From positions 10,824 to 74,823 of the forward strand of contig CAYXIF010000002.1 in the NCBI GenBank assembly GCA_964465575.1: a DNA stretch of 64,000 nt. Reading direction: 5' to 3'. Of this stretch, positions 54,362 to 63,824 are shown one piece after another. Made by a program: the position numbers and the translations under genes. The stretch is from an uncultured Candidatus Bathyarchaeia archaeon. GTDB taxonomy: Archaea; Thermoproteota; Bathyarchaeia; Bathyarchaeales; DTEX01. The notes under the pieces are model-generated. The model was not told where the DNA came from and did no database searches. It saw only the letters and a program-made list of their open reading frames with translations. Position 1 is the first letter of the stretch. Each line of letters starts with the position of its first letter.

Positions 54362-55210
54362 ATGGAAACTCCAAGGTATGAAAGAAGCAGAAAAACGTGG
54401 CTCATCGCAGTTCCGTTGATAGTTCTTCTGCTGGCTGGCATCCTAGTACTGTCTCAAGGAGTTGTCATCGTTCCAACGGGAAGCAGAGGTGTCGTCCTCA
54501 CATGGGGTTCGATAACAGAGGTTATGGACGAAGGCTTGCACTTCATCATGCCGGTGGCGCAGACAGTCGTGTTCATGGACGTCAGGATACAGAAAGTCGA
54601 AACGCAGGAGTCGACAGCTTCCAAGGATCTTCAGGAAGTCACCACAACGATAGCCGTGAACTACCGCCTGATACCTAGTCGCGCAGGGGATATCTACAAG
54701 AACCTCGGCAAGGAATATGAAATTCGAGTGATAAGGCCCAACATCGAAGAGAGCGTAAAGGCAACCACTGCACTTTTCGAGGCCGAAGAATTGATTACAA
54801 AAAGGGAGCTTGTCAAGACGGAGTTCAAGGATATACTCGCTGAAAGGTTGTTAGGTTTCCATGTTGAGGTGCTGTCCGTCGCGATCGTTGATTTCCGGTT
54901 CTCAGTCGGGTTTTCCCAGGCAATTGAGGCCAAAGTCACAGCCCAGCAGAAAGCTCTTGAAGCCAAGAATAAACTGGAGCAAATTAAGTACGAGTCTCAG
55001 CAGCTCGTCATACAAGCGGAAGCCGAGGCTAATGCAACGATTTTGAAGGCACAAGCTCAGGCTGAAGCCATAGCCTTGATCAGACAGGCACTGACCGATG
55101 ATTACCTCACCTACATGGCGATACAGAGATGGAATGGCATCATGCCGTACTTCTACGGCGGACAAGCTTTGCCGTTCATACAGATACCCACCAACAGCAC
55201 AAGCCCGTAA
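54362..55210 (+). CDS. SPFH/band-7 (prohibitin-like) membrane protein
   Basis: Has an N-terminal TM segment, then VPTGSRGVVLTWG...EGLHFIMP...VNYR and a C-terminal Ala/Gln/Glu coiled region. GGAGG lies 7 nt upstream of the ATG at 54362. Confidence 0.8.
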   Translation: METPRYERSRKTWLIAVPLIVLLLAGILVLSQGVVIVPTGSRGVVLTWGSITEVMDEGLHFIMPVAQTVVFMDVRIQKVETQESTASKDLQEVTTTIAVNYRLIPSRAGDIYKNLGKEYEIRVIRPNIEESVKATTALFEAEELITKRELVKTEFKDILAERLLGFHVEVLSVAIVDFRFSVGFSQAIEAKVTAQQKALEAKNKLEQIKYESQQLVIQAEAEANATILKAQAQAEAIALIRQALTDDYLTYMAIQRWNGIMPYFYGGQALPFIQIPTNSTSP

Positions 55211-55322
55211 GAAGAGGTCTTTCGGCCTCCTCTCCATTCTTTCTCTAGAGATCCTTAGGACTCAGAAGGCCTTGATAGCGGTGCGACCGAGCGGGTTGGC
55301 GCCTTCAGTCTGGGTCTTAGCG

Positions 55323-56351
55323 TTAACTTGGCTTCACTGGCTTTCCTGCCATTGAGGACTCGTATATTGCGTTGAGTATGGCAACAGACTTCCTTCCTTC
55401 TTGGCCGTTGACCATTACTGGCTTGCTCTTCTGGATAGCTGAAACCATGTCTTCGATAATGTTTCTTGGTCGATCAGGGTCGAGCTGGAATTCGTCCAAG
55501 GATGGTTCCGAATTATTCTTAAGCTTGTACAAGGTGATATTTCCCTCACTCCAAACAAGCGAGCCATTGTCTCCCGTCATCTCAATGATGGAGCCCAAGC
55601 TAGGGTAGCTCGTGGTTGTCGTCACAAGGGATCCCCAAGCCCCACTCCTGAATGTCAACAGGGCTATGCTAACATCTTCCGTCTCGATCTCATGAGCAAA
55701 AGTCCCATACCGGCCATAGACAGTTTCAACGGGCCCCATGAACCATTGAAGAAGGTCTATGAAGTGGATGGCTTGGTTCGCAGCTGAACCGCCCTCTGTG
55801 ACAGTCCGTTTCCGCCAGCCCGGAGGATGCCCTCCTTCGTAGTACTGCTGGTCTCGATACCATTTCATCCGCAAATCGCCAATGATGAGCTTGCCCAATC
55901 GTCCGTGGTCAAGGGCCATCTTGATCTTCTGGTTTGTGTCGCTATAGCGTTGCCCGAAATCCACTGCCAAGTAAACACCTGAGTCTACAGCCGATTTGAT
56001 TGCGGCATCGCACTTCTCAACACGAATATCCATTGGCTTGGTGACGAAGGCGTGTTTGCCCGATTCCATGGCCTCAATCGCGAGGTCGCAGTGAGTGCCG
56101 CTTGGAGTGAAGACACCAACGACATCGATGTCGTCTCTTGCTAGCATCTCGTCGTAGTTGACGGTCCAATCACATTCCAGCTCTTCAGCCACCATCCTCG
56201 CCTTCTCCTCTTGAAGGTCACAGACACATCTGAGCTCAGCGCCCACTGTCTTCGGAATAAGTCTGGCCCGATTGGCGCCCATACCAAGACCCAGGATGCC
56301 AAACCTGACAGAGCCACTCATTTCGGGTCTCTCCTTGCTGTTCTTCTCCAT
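55323..56351 (-). CDS. Gfo/Idh/MocA-family NAD(P)-dependent oxidoreductase
   Basis: Has RFGILGLGMGANRA (Rossmann) and AFVTKPM (the EKP-like motif region). Confidence 0.8.
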   Translation of the reverse strand: MEKNSKERPEMSGSVRFGILGLGMGANRARLIPKTVGAELRCVCDLQEEKARMVAEELECDWTVNYDEMLARDDIDVVGVFTPSGTHCDLAIEAMESGKHAFVTKPMDIRVEKCDAAIKSAVDSGVYLAVDFGQRYSDTNQKIKMALDHGRLGKLIIGDLRMKWYRDQQYYEGGHPPGWRKRTVTEGGSAANQAIHFIDLLQWFMGPVETVYGRYGTFAHEIETEDVSIALLTFRSGAWGSLVTTTTSYPSLGSIIEMTGDNGSLVWSEGNITLYKLKNNSEPSLDEFQLDPDRPRNIIEDMVSAIQKSKPVMVNGQEGRKSVAILNAIYESSMAGKPVKPS

Positions 56352-56408
56352 CTTAATATAACATTCCTCTGCTGCTCGTACATATCCTTTTTCCGCGTTT
56401 GTCTCTTT

Positions 56409-57944
56409 CTAGTCTCCTTTCGGCATCGAAGCGTCTTGGTGCAGGTAGTACTTCCTTAAGCTCTTCAAAGATGCGATGTAGCGATCAAAGCCTGCTTCAT
56501 AAATACTTCTGTCGCCGCCTGGTTCGAAAACCCTGGGTTCCAAGTTTACAGCCTTCAAGGCTTCCTTGAGAGACTTGTAGCGCCCTATGCCAGCAAACGC
56601 CGTTAGGGCTGCTCCAAGAGTCGTGTACTCTTTCTGCTCCGTGATCATGACAGGGAGATCTAGAACGTCAGCACGGATCTGGTTCCAGAGGATGTTCTTG
56701 GCGCCCCCGCCCACGACGCGAATTCTCTTGATATCGATGCTCGCAGCTTCCTTCAGGACCAAAAGAGCTTGCTTGAGTTGGAAGGATAAGCCCTCAAGCG
56801 CTGAACGGGTCACGTGACCCCTTGAGGTCATCAAGCTCAAGCCTAGGATCGTGCCCATGGCACAGTACTTCCTGGTTGGCCCGCTTTCCTTGACGAAGCT
56901 GGGTATGAAGGTTACACCGTCTGATCCAGCAGGCACGGTCTCTGCTTCCTTGGTCATGATGGCGTACTTCTCGTCGCCCATCCTTGGGAAGAACTTGTCC
57001 AGAACCCACTCAAGAACGCCTGACCCCATCATGAGAAGCTGCGGGTTCCAGAGTCCCCGTTGAACATCAGCCTCAATGATCAGACCGTTCTCAAAAGCCA
57101 TCTTGCTGGGGATGAATCTTTCGGACCGAATGCCAAGGATCTCCCATGTCCCGCTTGATACAACAGCTTCATCCATCCCTGCTCCAGACCCATACAAAGC
57201 GAACTGAGTATCATGTCCACCAGCAATCACAGGCACACCCGCGGGTATCCCACTCTGTGCGCTTACCTTTTCTGTAACATAGCCGACTATTTCGCCAGGC
57301 TCGCGCCAGTCAGGGAAGAAACTCGGGTCCAAACCCGCTAGCTCCAGCATGGCGGTGGACCAGTCTCTTTTCTTCAGGTCCATTGCCATCATAGTTGATG
57401 CGCTTGTGGGTTCGATGTGGAACTGGCCTGTCATCTTGTGTACGATCAGACCGGGCATCATGAGCCAAGTGTAGGCGTCACTCAGAGCTTTCGGAGCATG
57501 CTCCCTTAGCCATATTAGTCTAAAGAGTGTGTTGAAGGAGATAGGCTGGTAACCCGTGACTTGAAAGATTCTGAACGCCGGCGTCTCTGCAAGGACATTC
57601 TTCACTGTCGCTTTTGTTCTTGGGCACTGCCAAGAGATCGGCGGATATGTCAGGGTTCCGTTGCGCCTGATCGGTGCACCGTCTGCTCCCCATGTGGTGA
57701 CGGTCACAGCCCTAATGCTCCTTGGCCTCACTTCCTTGGAGACTTCCCTAGCTCCCTCACAGATCTTAAGCCAGATCTCTTCCAAGTCCCAGACAAGCCA
57801 GCCTATTGATTCGTCTTTCTGGGGCTGGGGACTATTTGGACGGCTTGCTTGGGCGACTATTCTGCCTTCCGAGCCAACCGCAATGGTCTTTATGTTTGTC
57901 GCTCCACAGTCGAGGACTATGACAACATCTTCTTGTTCAGGCAT
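56409..57944 (-). CDS. FGGY-family carbohydrate kinase (xylulo-/rhamnulo-/fuculokinase-like)
   Basis: Has VIVLDCGATNIKTIAV, TTWGADG, IAGGHDTQFALYGSG and VVGGGAKNILWNQIRADV. Confidence 0.8.
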   Translation of the reverse strand: MPEQEDVVIVLDCGATNIKTIAVGSEGRIVAQASRPNSPQPQKDESIGWLVWDLEEIWLKICEGAREVSKEVRPRSIRAVTVTTWGADGAPIRRNGTLTYPPISWQCPRTKATVKNVLAETPAFRIFQVTGYQPISFNTLFRLIWLREHAPKALSDAYTWLMMPGLIVHKMTGQFHIEPTSASTMMAMDLKKRDWSTAMLELAGLDPSFFPDWREPGEIVGYVTEKVSAQSGIPAGVPVIAGGHDTQFALYGSGAGMDEAVVSSGTWEILGIRSERFIPSKMAFENGLIIEADVQRGLWNPQLLMMGSGVLEWVLDKFFPRMGDEKYAIMTKEAETVPAGSDGVTFIPSFVKESGPTRKYCAMGTILGLSLMTSRGHVTRSALEGLSFQLKQALLVLKEAASIDIKRIRVVGGGAKNILWNQIRADVLDLPVMITEQKEYTTLGAALTAFAGIGRYKSLKEALKAVNLEPRVFEPGGDRSIYEAGFDRYIASLKSLRKYYLHQDASMPKGD

Positions 57945-57980
57945 GAGGACGGCCCATGCCTATCTGGTTCATCAGCCTAG

Positions 57981-58553
57981 TTATGGATTTCGATTAGCTT
58001 CTTCTTCGAGGATAAGAGAAGGGACTCTGCGCCTAAGCGCCTCGTAGAGTAGGTAACCTCCGAATATGCTTATGAGCGCATGGAAAAGGTTGAACACTGC
58101 AACCAAGGGGCTGATTGCGATTACCGCATTGAAAGGCATGCCCTGTATCGGAAGGACTGCCAGATTGGCAAGGGCCATAACGGCAACTCGTGCTAGGCAA
58201 CCTAGTGCAAATGAAGCAAGCTTTGCGAACCGTGGCTTCTTCTCAAGCCACACCAAACCCGCAAACATACCAAGGATCGTTGAGAACTCAGCCAACGCCT
58301 TCATCGATGCACCAATAAGATCAGGGCTACGGACCGCTATTGCGAGAAAAGCCACAGAAGACGCAAACGCTCCTGGGACCAATCCGAGAATAAGAAGGGA
58401 CAGTACGATGGGGACTCCCGTGAAATCGAATTTCAAAACTGGAAGCCACGGAAAAGGTATCTTGAAGCCAGAGAACTTCATAGCGTAGTCGAAGACGACA
58501 ACGAGAGCGGCAAGAACGGCAGTTAGAGTCACAGTGGTGGTTTTGATGTTCAT
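57981..58553 (-). CDS. ECF-transporter S-component-like membrane protein
   Basis: 190 aa with about six TM segments. LKFDFTGVPIVLSLLILG resembles the substrate-capture components of ECF transporters. The substrate is unknown. Confidence 0.45.
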   Translation of the reverse strand: MNIKTTTVTLTAVLAALVVVFDYAMKFSGFKIPFPWLPVLKFDFTGVPIVLSLLILGLVPGAFASSVAFLAIAVRSPDLIGASMKALAEFSTILGMFAGLVWLEKKPRFAKLASFALGCLARVAVMALANLAVLPIQGMPFNAVIAISPLVAVFNLFHALISIFGGYLLYEALRRRVPSLILEEEANRNP

Positions 58554-58634
58554 CCATGACCGTGATACAATGCGAGCGTTGCCTCTTAAGAGTATCTACT
58601 CAGAACTGGTTGAAAGCTTTGGGGTCGGCGCGTC

Positions 58635-59189
58635 CTAGATCCCCAGATTCTGGCCAACGGACTGGATTGCCCTCAGAGCTATCAGGAAGAACTCTTCTCT
58701 CGGTATCCCAATCTCCTCGCACATGAGTATTCTCTGCCGGTCTGCCCCTCTCGCGAAATCCTTGTCCTTGAACTTCTTCTCAACCGTTTTCAGTTCTACA
58801 TCTCTAGCCTTCTTTGACGGCATGACCAAGGCGCAGGCTATGATCAACCCAGAGACAGCGTCAGCCGAGATGAGAGCCTTCTCCATTCTTGTTTCAGGCA
58901 TTACACCTGTGTTCTCATGGTTATGAGCCTTGATCGCCCTCAGAACTACCTGCGGAAGCATCTTCTCATCAAGGATCTCTTGAGCCAGAAGGCCATGTTT
59001 CTCAAAGGCATCAGCAGTTCGTTCATAGTCGATGTCGTGTAATAGGCCAGTTACCCCCCAAAGAGCCTTGTCGTCTCCCAGATGCTCCGCTACAGCCTTC
59101 ATCAGCGCCTCAACAGCAATCATGTGAAGGAAAACATTGCGGCGCTTCACATTGGACTTCACTAGTTCTAGCGCTTCTTCACGGTTCAA
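58635..59189 (-). CDS. HD-domain (HDIG-type) phosphohydrolase
   Basis: Has H...LHDIDYE...H, the metal-ligand pattern of the HD superfamily. Confidence 0.7.
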   Translation of the reverse strand: MNREEALELVKSNVKRRNVFLHMIAVEALMKAVAEHLGDDKALWGVTGLLHDIDYERTADAFEKHGLLAQEILDEKMLPQVVLRAIKAHNHENTGVMPETRMEKALISADAVSGLIIACALVMPSKKARDVELKTVEKKFKDKDFARGADRQRILMCEEIGIPREEFFLIALRAIQSVGQNLGI

Positions 59190-59273
59190 GACGGACCACT
59201 TAGAGGGATATTTCCATGTGTGAGGCTGCCTATTTATCCGTTTCAGGCCTCCGGTGTATCCAGAGAACTCAGC

Positions 59274-60017
59274 TTACTTGCTAGGCGGCTTCGGGGTGAT
59301 GCTCCTTCTTGGAGCTCCGCGCTCTAGGTCATCCAGCTTGCTGAGCGTCTTCCTCGCGTAGTCGGCTATCTGATTCGCGTTTGCCTCGATATACAGCTTG
59401 CCTTTCTGCTTTGAGGCTCGGCTTGGTACGCCCCAAGTTCCGTGTTCGCTTAGGGGCTTCATGCCGACGTAGTCTAGGTATTCACGAGTTTGGTCTGGAA
59501 CACTGTCTATGATCTCGTCCTTCCTAACCAATTGCTCGTTCAGATAAAGCATGCATGAAGTCTCCGTGTTCCCAGCGTGCAAATCTGAAGGCTCATCTCC
59601 GCTTAGTCCCATGTGTATGACCTTCATGTCTGGATATTCTAAGTTCAGCTCACGTACGGCAGGTTTGATGATCCAGTTTCCGCCGTGCCCGGATATTACG
59701 ATGACCTTCTTTACGCCGTGGAGATGAAGCGACAGGATGATGTCTTTCATAACCTTGACCAAAGTCGAAGGCCTAAGACTCACAGTGCCGCTGAACCCCA
59801 GGTGCTCTTGTGAATTGCTGTAGGGCAACGCTGGCAGAAGATAGCAGGCACCTAGTTTCTCAGCCACATTCCCTGCAATCTCTTGGATGATAATCCAATC
59901 TGTGCCAAGAGGTAAGTGTGGTCCATGTTGCTCGACGGCACCGATTGGCAGTATAGCTGTGTCTACGTTAGAGTCTTCAAGCTCTTTGGAAGTGTTGGAG
60001 ACTGATAAAACTTCCAT
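59274..60017 (-). CDS. Creatininase-family amidohydrolase (creatininase / ArfB-type deformylase family)
   Basis: Has AILPIGAVEQHGPHLPLGTD and VISGHGGN. Confidence 0.75.
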   Translation of the reverse strand: MEVLSVSNTSKELEDSNVDTAILPIGAVEQHGPHLPLGTDWIIIQEIAGNVAEKLGACYLLPALPYSNSQEHLGFSGTVSLRPSTLVKVMKDIILSLHLHGVKKVIVISGHGGNWIIKPAVRELNLEYPDMKVIHMGLSGDEPSDLHAGNTETSCMLYLNEQLVRKDEIIDSVPDQTREYLDYVGMKPLSEHGTWGVPSRASKQKGKLYIEANANQIADYARKTLSKLDDLERGAPRRSITPKPPSK

Positions 60018-60143
60018 GAGTTTTAATCATTGGACTGATGAATAAAAGCCTTTGTTGGATCGTCCTGACTGACTCATGGTCAACACTTTGGCGCAAAGCC
60101 TTAAGACTGAAATGTCAATATTCTGGTTCAAGGAGAACAGTCT

Positions 60144-61064
60144 ATGAAGGAAGTTCGTCTGGGGGGAATCATACCCGCCATCGTCACACCGATGACCAGC
60201 GACTTCAATGTCGACGAGGAAACATTACTAGACTATGTGAAGTGGATAGCTGGCCGCAAGCTAGGAGGACTAGCCATAAATGTAGACTCCAGCGAGGGTC
60301 CCCACCTGTATAGGGAGGAAAGGAGCAAGATTGTGGAACTGGTCGCAGAAGCAGTCGGAGGAAAGCTCCCTATTATAGCCGGTCTTGCTGCCCGCTTCAC
60401 TCAGGAGGCTGTTGAGCAAGCAGTGGAGCTAAAGGAGGCGGGTGCCGACGCCCTCTTGGTCTTTCCTATACCTGCGTTCTGCGGTTCGCCTTTGCCAGCT
60501 GAGATTCCTTGCCGATACCATGAAACCATCGGCGTGAAAGCTAACATAGCCCTCATACTCTTTCAGCTAGAGCAAGCGTTGGGTGGGGTTGAGTATCCGC
60601 CCGAAGTTTTGCTTGAGTTGACCAAGATCAAGCAGGTCATCGCGATAAAGGAGTCACTTGAGGATTCTGCGAAGTTCGTTGCGACTGCACGGGTCCTGAG
60701 AAGCGCTGCGCGCAAGATCACGCTCCTCTCGGGTAACGACACGTTCATCCTTGAGGCTTTCTTGTTGGGGGCAGAAGGAGCGCTGATAGGTTTCGCCACG
60801 CTTGCCACAGACCTTCAGGTTGAGATGTTCGAGCTTGTCCAGAAGAAGAAGTATGACGAAGCCAAGGAGATTGCAGAACGCTTGCAGCCGCTGGTGAACG
60901 TGATCTTCGCTCCGCCCGCTAGGAACTACAGGGCCAGAACTAAGGAAGCCCTAGTAATGCTCGGGGTTCTCAAACATGCCTACGTTCGCCCTCCTCTCGT
61001 TCCAATAAGCGATGCTGAAAGGACACAGCTACGAAAAGCGTTGAAGAAGGCGGAGGTTCTTTAA
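60144..61064 (+). CDS. DapA/NAL-family class I aldolase, second paralogue
   Basis: Has GIIPAIVTPMT..., YREERSKIVELV and VIAIKES (the Lys position). It is more divergent than 36926..37915. Confidence 0.65.
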   Translation: MKEVRLGGIIPAIVTPMTSDFNVDEETLLDYVKWIAGRKLGGLAINVDSSEGPHLYREERSKIVELVAEAVGGKLPIIAGLAARFTQEAVEQAVELKEAGADALLVFPIPAFCGSPLPAEIPCRYHETIGVKANIALILFQLEQALGGVEYPPEVLLELTKIKQVIAIKESLEDSAKFVATARVLRSAARKITLLSGNDTFILEAFLLGAEGALIGFATLATDLQVEMFELVQKKKYDEAKEIAERLQPLVNVIFAPPARNYRARTKEALVMLGVLKHAYVRPPLVPISDAERTQLRKALKKAEVL

Positions 61065-61128
61065 AGCCACTCTGGTCAGGGCGGCAGCCTTAAATATCGA
61101 TTTCATGATAGGAGTTATTGCATGGTGA

Positions 61129-63756
61129 GGGATTTGGTTCTCCATATCTACGTCCGATGAGTCAAGATGGCAACGAGAGTGGAGAAACCGACGGATTTTT
61201 GAGGCTGAACCTGACCCAAAGAAGCCCAAGTTCTATACGCTTTTCGCCTATCCAACTGCTTCAGGCGCACTTCACGTTGGTCACGCAAGGTCCTATACAA
61301 TCCCTGATGTCATAGCCCGGTACAAGAGAATGCAGGGCTTCAATGTCTTCTTCCCTTTGGGTTTCCACGCAACAGGATTAGACTGCGTCAACATTCACGA
61401 CCGGCTGAAAGAGAACCTCGAAAACGCGAAGAGATACGGGATCCCAATAGACGAAGCAGCGACGCTACAGTCGCCTTTCGACGTGGAGAAGTGTTTAGAA
61501 AGACTTATCGTAGATTCTCTTGAGAGACTCGGTTTATCCCTTGACTTCCGACCGAAGTTTTCAACCTTAGCCCCAGTTTATGGCAGGTTCGTTCAATGGC
61601 AGTTCGAGAAGCTGCATGAGCTGGGCCAGCTGGTTCAGAGAGACCACTATCTGCCTTGGTGTTCAAAGTGCGGTCACCCTGTGAGTCTGGACGCAGCTGA
61701 GGCTGACATCTCGGAATGGAAAGGAGCAGCAATCAAAGAGTATACCATTATCAAGTTCCGCGACCAGGAAGGAAGAGTTTTCCCCACTTCCACGCTAAGG
61801 CCAGAGACAGTTTTCGGTGTGACAAACCTTTGGGTGAACCCAGAAGCAGATTACGTTGAAGCTCAAGTCAATGGAGAAAAATGGATCACGTCAAAACGGT
61901 CATGCAGGAAACTCGCTGATCAGGGGAAAAACATCAGCATCACCAAGGAGCTTTCAGGGACTATTCTGGAGGGGCTGGAGGTTACCAGCCCTGTCGCTAA
62001 TAGCGTTGTGCAGGTATTGTTAGCTGACTTTGCGAACGCCGATGAAGCTACTGGTGTTGTTATGTCTGTTCCCGCCCACGACCCCTATGACTATATGTAC
62101 GTCAAAGCCAAGTACGGCAGGATCAAACCGGTCCAAGTGATCAAGCTAAAGGATATGGGGAAGCTTCCCGCCGCGCACATTGTAAGAGAATTCGATATCC
62201 GAGATCTGACTGACCCCCGACTTGAGGAAGCGGTCAAAGAGCTGTACAAGCGAGAGACCACGGGCAGGATTGTCTCTTCCATCAACAGATTCGGCGGCAT
62301 GGAGACCATCGAGGCAAGAGAAGCAGTCAAGCGTTACCTAGCAGAGATCAGAGCCTCGGACACGATCTATGAGTTGTCTGTGAAGCCCATCTACTGCAGG
62401 TGCGGAGCTGAGATCAAGATCAGAGTCATCAAGGATCAGTGGTTCATCAACTATGCTGATCCGAACTGGAAGCTGAAGGCAAAGCGATGTATAGCAGGAC
62501 TGAGGACCTATCCGCCCGCATACAAGAGGCAATTGCCGGAGATCGTTGACTGGCTTGCTTTGCGTCCATGCGTAAGGAAGAGAGGACTTGGGACTCCTTT
62601 CCCATTGGACCAGGAATGGACGATTGAAGCTTTGTCGGACTCGACGCTCTACATGGCCCTCTTTCCAGTTACGAAGTGCTTGAACCAAGCGCTCATCCGG
62701 GAGGATCAGCTGACCAGTCGCTTCTTTGACTATGTGTTCCTAGGACTGGGTTCAACTAGTGAAGTCTCAGCGAGCACAGGGATACGACAAGACCTGCTGG
62801 CTGAGATGAGGCAAGAGTTTGACTATTGGTATCCTTTGGATCTGAATGCTGGGGGCAAGGAGCACAGAACGGTTCACTTCCCGTTCTTCATCTTCCACCA
62901 TGTGGCTATCTTTCCAGAAAATCGTTGGCCCAAAGGCATCTTCGTGAACTGGCACCTCATCGCCTATGGGCAGAAGATGTCAAAGCACTTGGGAAACACC
63001 GTCTTCTTGGATGATGCATTGCGCAAGCATGGTGCTGACACGATTCGGCTTTACCTCATGCACGGCGCCAACCAGTGGAGAGACTTCGACTGGAGAGACG
63101 AAGACTGCGGCGTGTACCAGAGGCACCTAGAGCGCTTTCGCGACACGCTAGTTGGAATCACTAATGTTAGAGCGAAAAAGGACGCTCAAATGGATGCATG
63201 GCTTAGATCAGTGGTCAACCAGCGCGTCAGAGATGTGACTAGTGCCTTGGAAGATGGCGAGATACGGAAAGCTGTTGACGCTGCATTCTTCGGCCTCTGG
63301 AGCGACATCGAATGGTACTTGAAGAGAACTAGCAGCAAAGCCATTGATGCTGAGCACGTTAGGACCTGGATAAAGGTGCTGGCCCCGTTTATTCCACACA
63401 TCTGTGAAGACCTATGGCGCATGCTGGGAGAGACTTCGTTCATCTCTTTGGAGAGATGGCCCGGTTGCGAAGAGAAGGACTTTGACGCGAATCTGGTTGA
63501 ACTAGAGGGAGTCCTAAAGAAGACAATCGAGGACACCAAACACGTTGCTGAACTGACAGGACGAAGAGAACTTCTATACCTCTACACCGCTTCGGAAGAC
63601 GAGTTCCGACACTTCCATTCAGCGAAGGAGTTCTTGCGAAGGGATCTGGACTTCACCCAAGTGCACGTATTCATGTCGAACGACCCAGATCGCTATGATC
63701 CTGAGAACAAGGCTCAGAAGGCACGGCCTGGAAGACCAGGAATTCACTTAGTCTAG
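61129..63756 (+). CDS. leuS: Leucyl-tRNA synthetase (archaeal type); start codon unresolved
   Basis: The frame is open from 61129. It reads ..DESRWQREWRNRRIFEAEPDPKKPKFYTLFAYPTASGALHVGHARSYTIPDVIARYKRMQGFNVFFP.. (HIGH = HVGH), has KMSKHLGN (KMSK), and ends ARPGRPGIHLV. There is no ATG, GTG or TTG in this frame before 61330, the track start, which lies downstream of HIGH. Confidence 0.9.
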   Translation, partial: GIWFSISTSDESRWQREWRNRRIFEAEPDPKKPKFYTLFAYPTASGALHVGHARSYTIPDVIARYKRMQGFNVFFPLGFHATGLDCVNIHDRLKENLENAKRYGIPIDEAATLQSPFDVEKCLERLIVDSLERLGLSLDFRPKFSTLAPVYGRFVQWQFEKLHELGQLVQRDHYLPWCSKCGHPVSLDAAEADISEWKGAAIKEYTIIKFRDQEGRVFPTSTLRPETVFGVTNLWVNPEADYVEAQVNGEKWITSKRSCRKLADQGKNISITKELSGTILEGLEVTSPVANSVVQVLLADFANADEATGVVMSVPAHDPYDYMYVKAKYGRIKPVQVIKLKDMGKLPAAHIVREFDIRDLTDPRLEEAVKELYKRETTGRIVSSINRFGGMETIEAREAVKRYLAEIRASDTIYELSVKPIYCRCGAEIKIRVIKDQWFINYADPNWKLKAKRCIAGLRTYPPAYKRQLPEIVDWLALRPCVRKRGLGTPFPLDQEWTIEALSDSTLYMALFPVTKCLNQALIREDQLTSRFFDYVFLGLGSTSEVSASTGIRQDLLAEMRQEFDYWYPLDLNAGGKEHRTVHFPFFIFHHVAIFPENRWPKGIFVNWHLIAYGQKMSKHLGNTVFLDDALRKHGADTIRLYLMHGANQWRDFDWRDEDCGVYQRHLERFRDTLVGITNVRAKKDAQMDAWLRSVVNQRVRDVTSALEDGEIRKAVDAAFFGLWSDIEWYLKRTSSKAIDAEHVRTWIKVLAPFIPHICEDLWRMLGETSFISLERWPGCEEKDFDANLVELEGVLKKTIEDTKHVAELTGRRELLYLYTASEDEFRHFHSAKEFLRRDLDFTQVHVFMSNDPDRYDPENKAQKARPGRPGIHLV

Positions 63757-63787
63757 ACCTGTTTCAGCTCGTTGTATCGATCGCACA

Positions 63788-63804
63788 GCCCCTCTTAGAG
63801 GGGC
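63788..63804. terminator. Stem-loop between the convergent leuS and the downstream minus-strand gene
   Basis: GCCCCTC-TTA-GAGGGGC forms a perfect 7-bp stem with a 3-nt loop, 32 nt after the leuS stop. Its function as a terminator is an inference. Confidence 0.5.
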
Positions 63805-63824
63805 ATGCAACTGTACTTGCCTCG

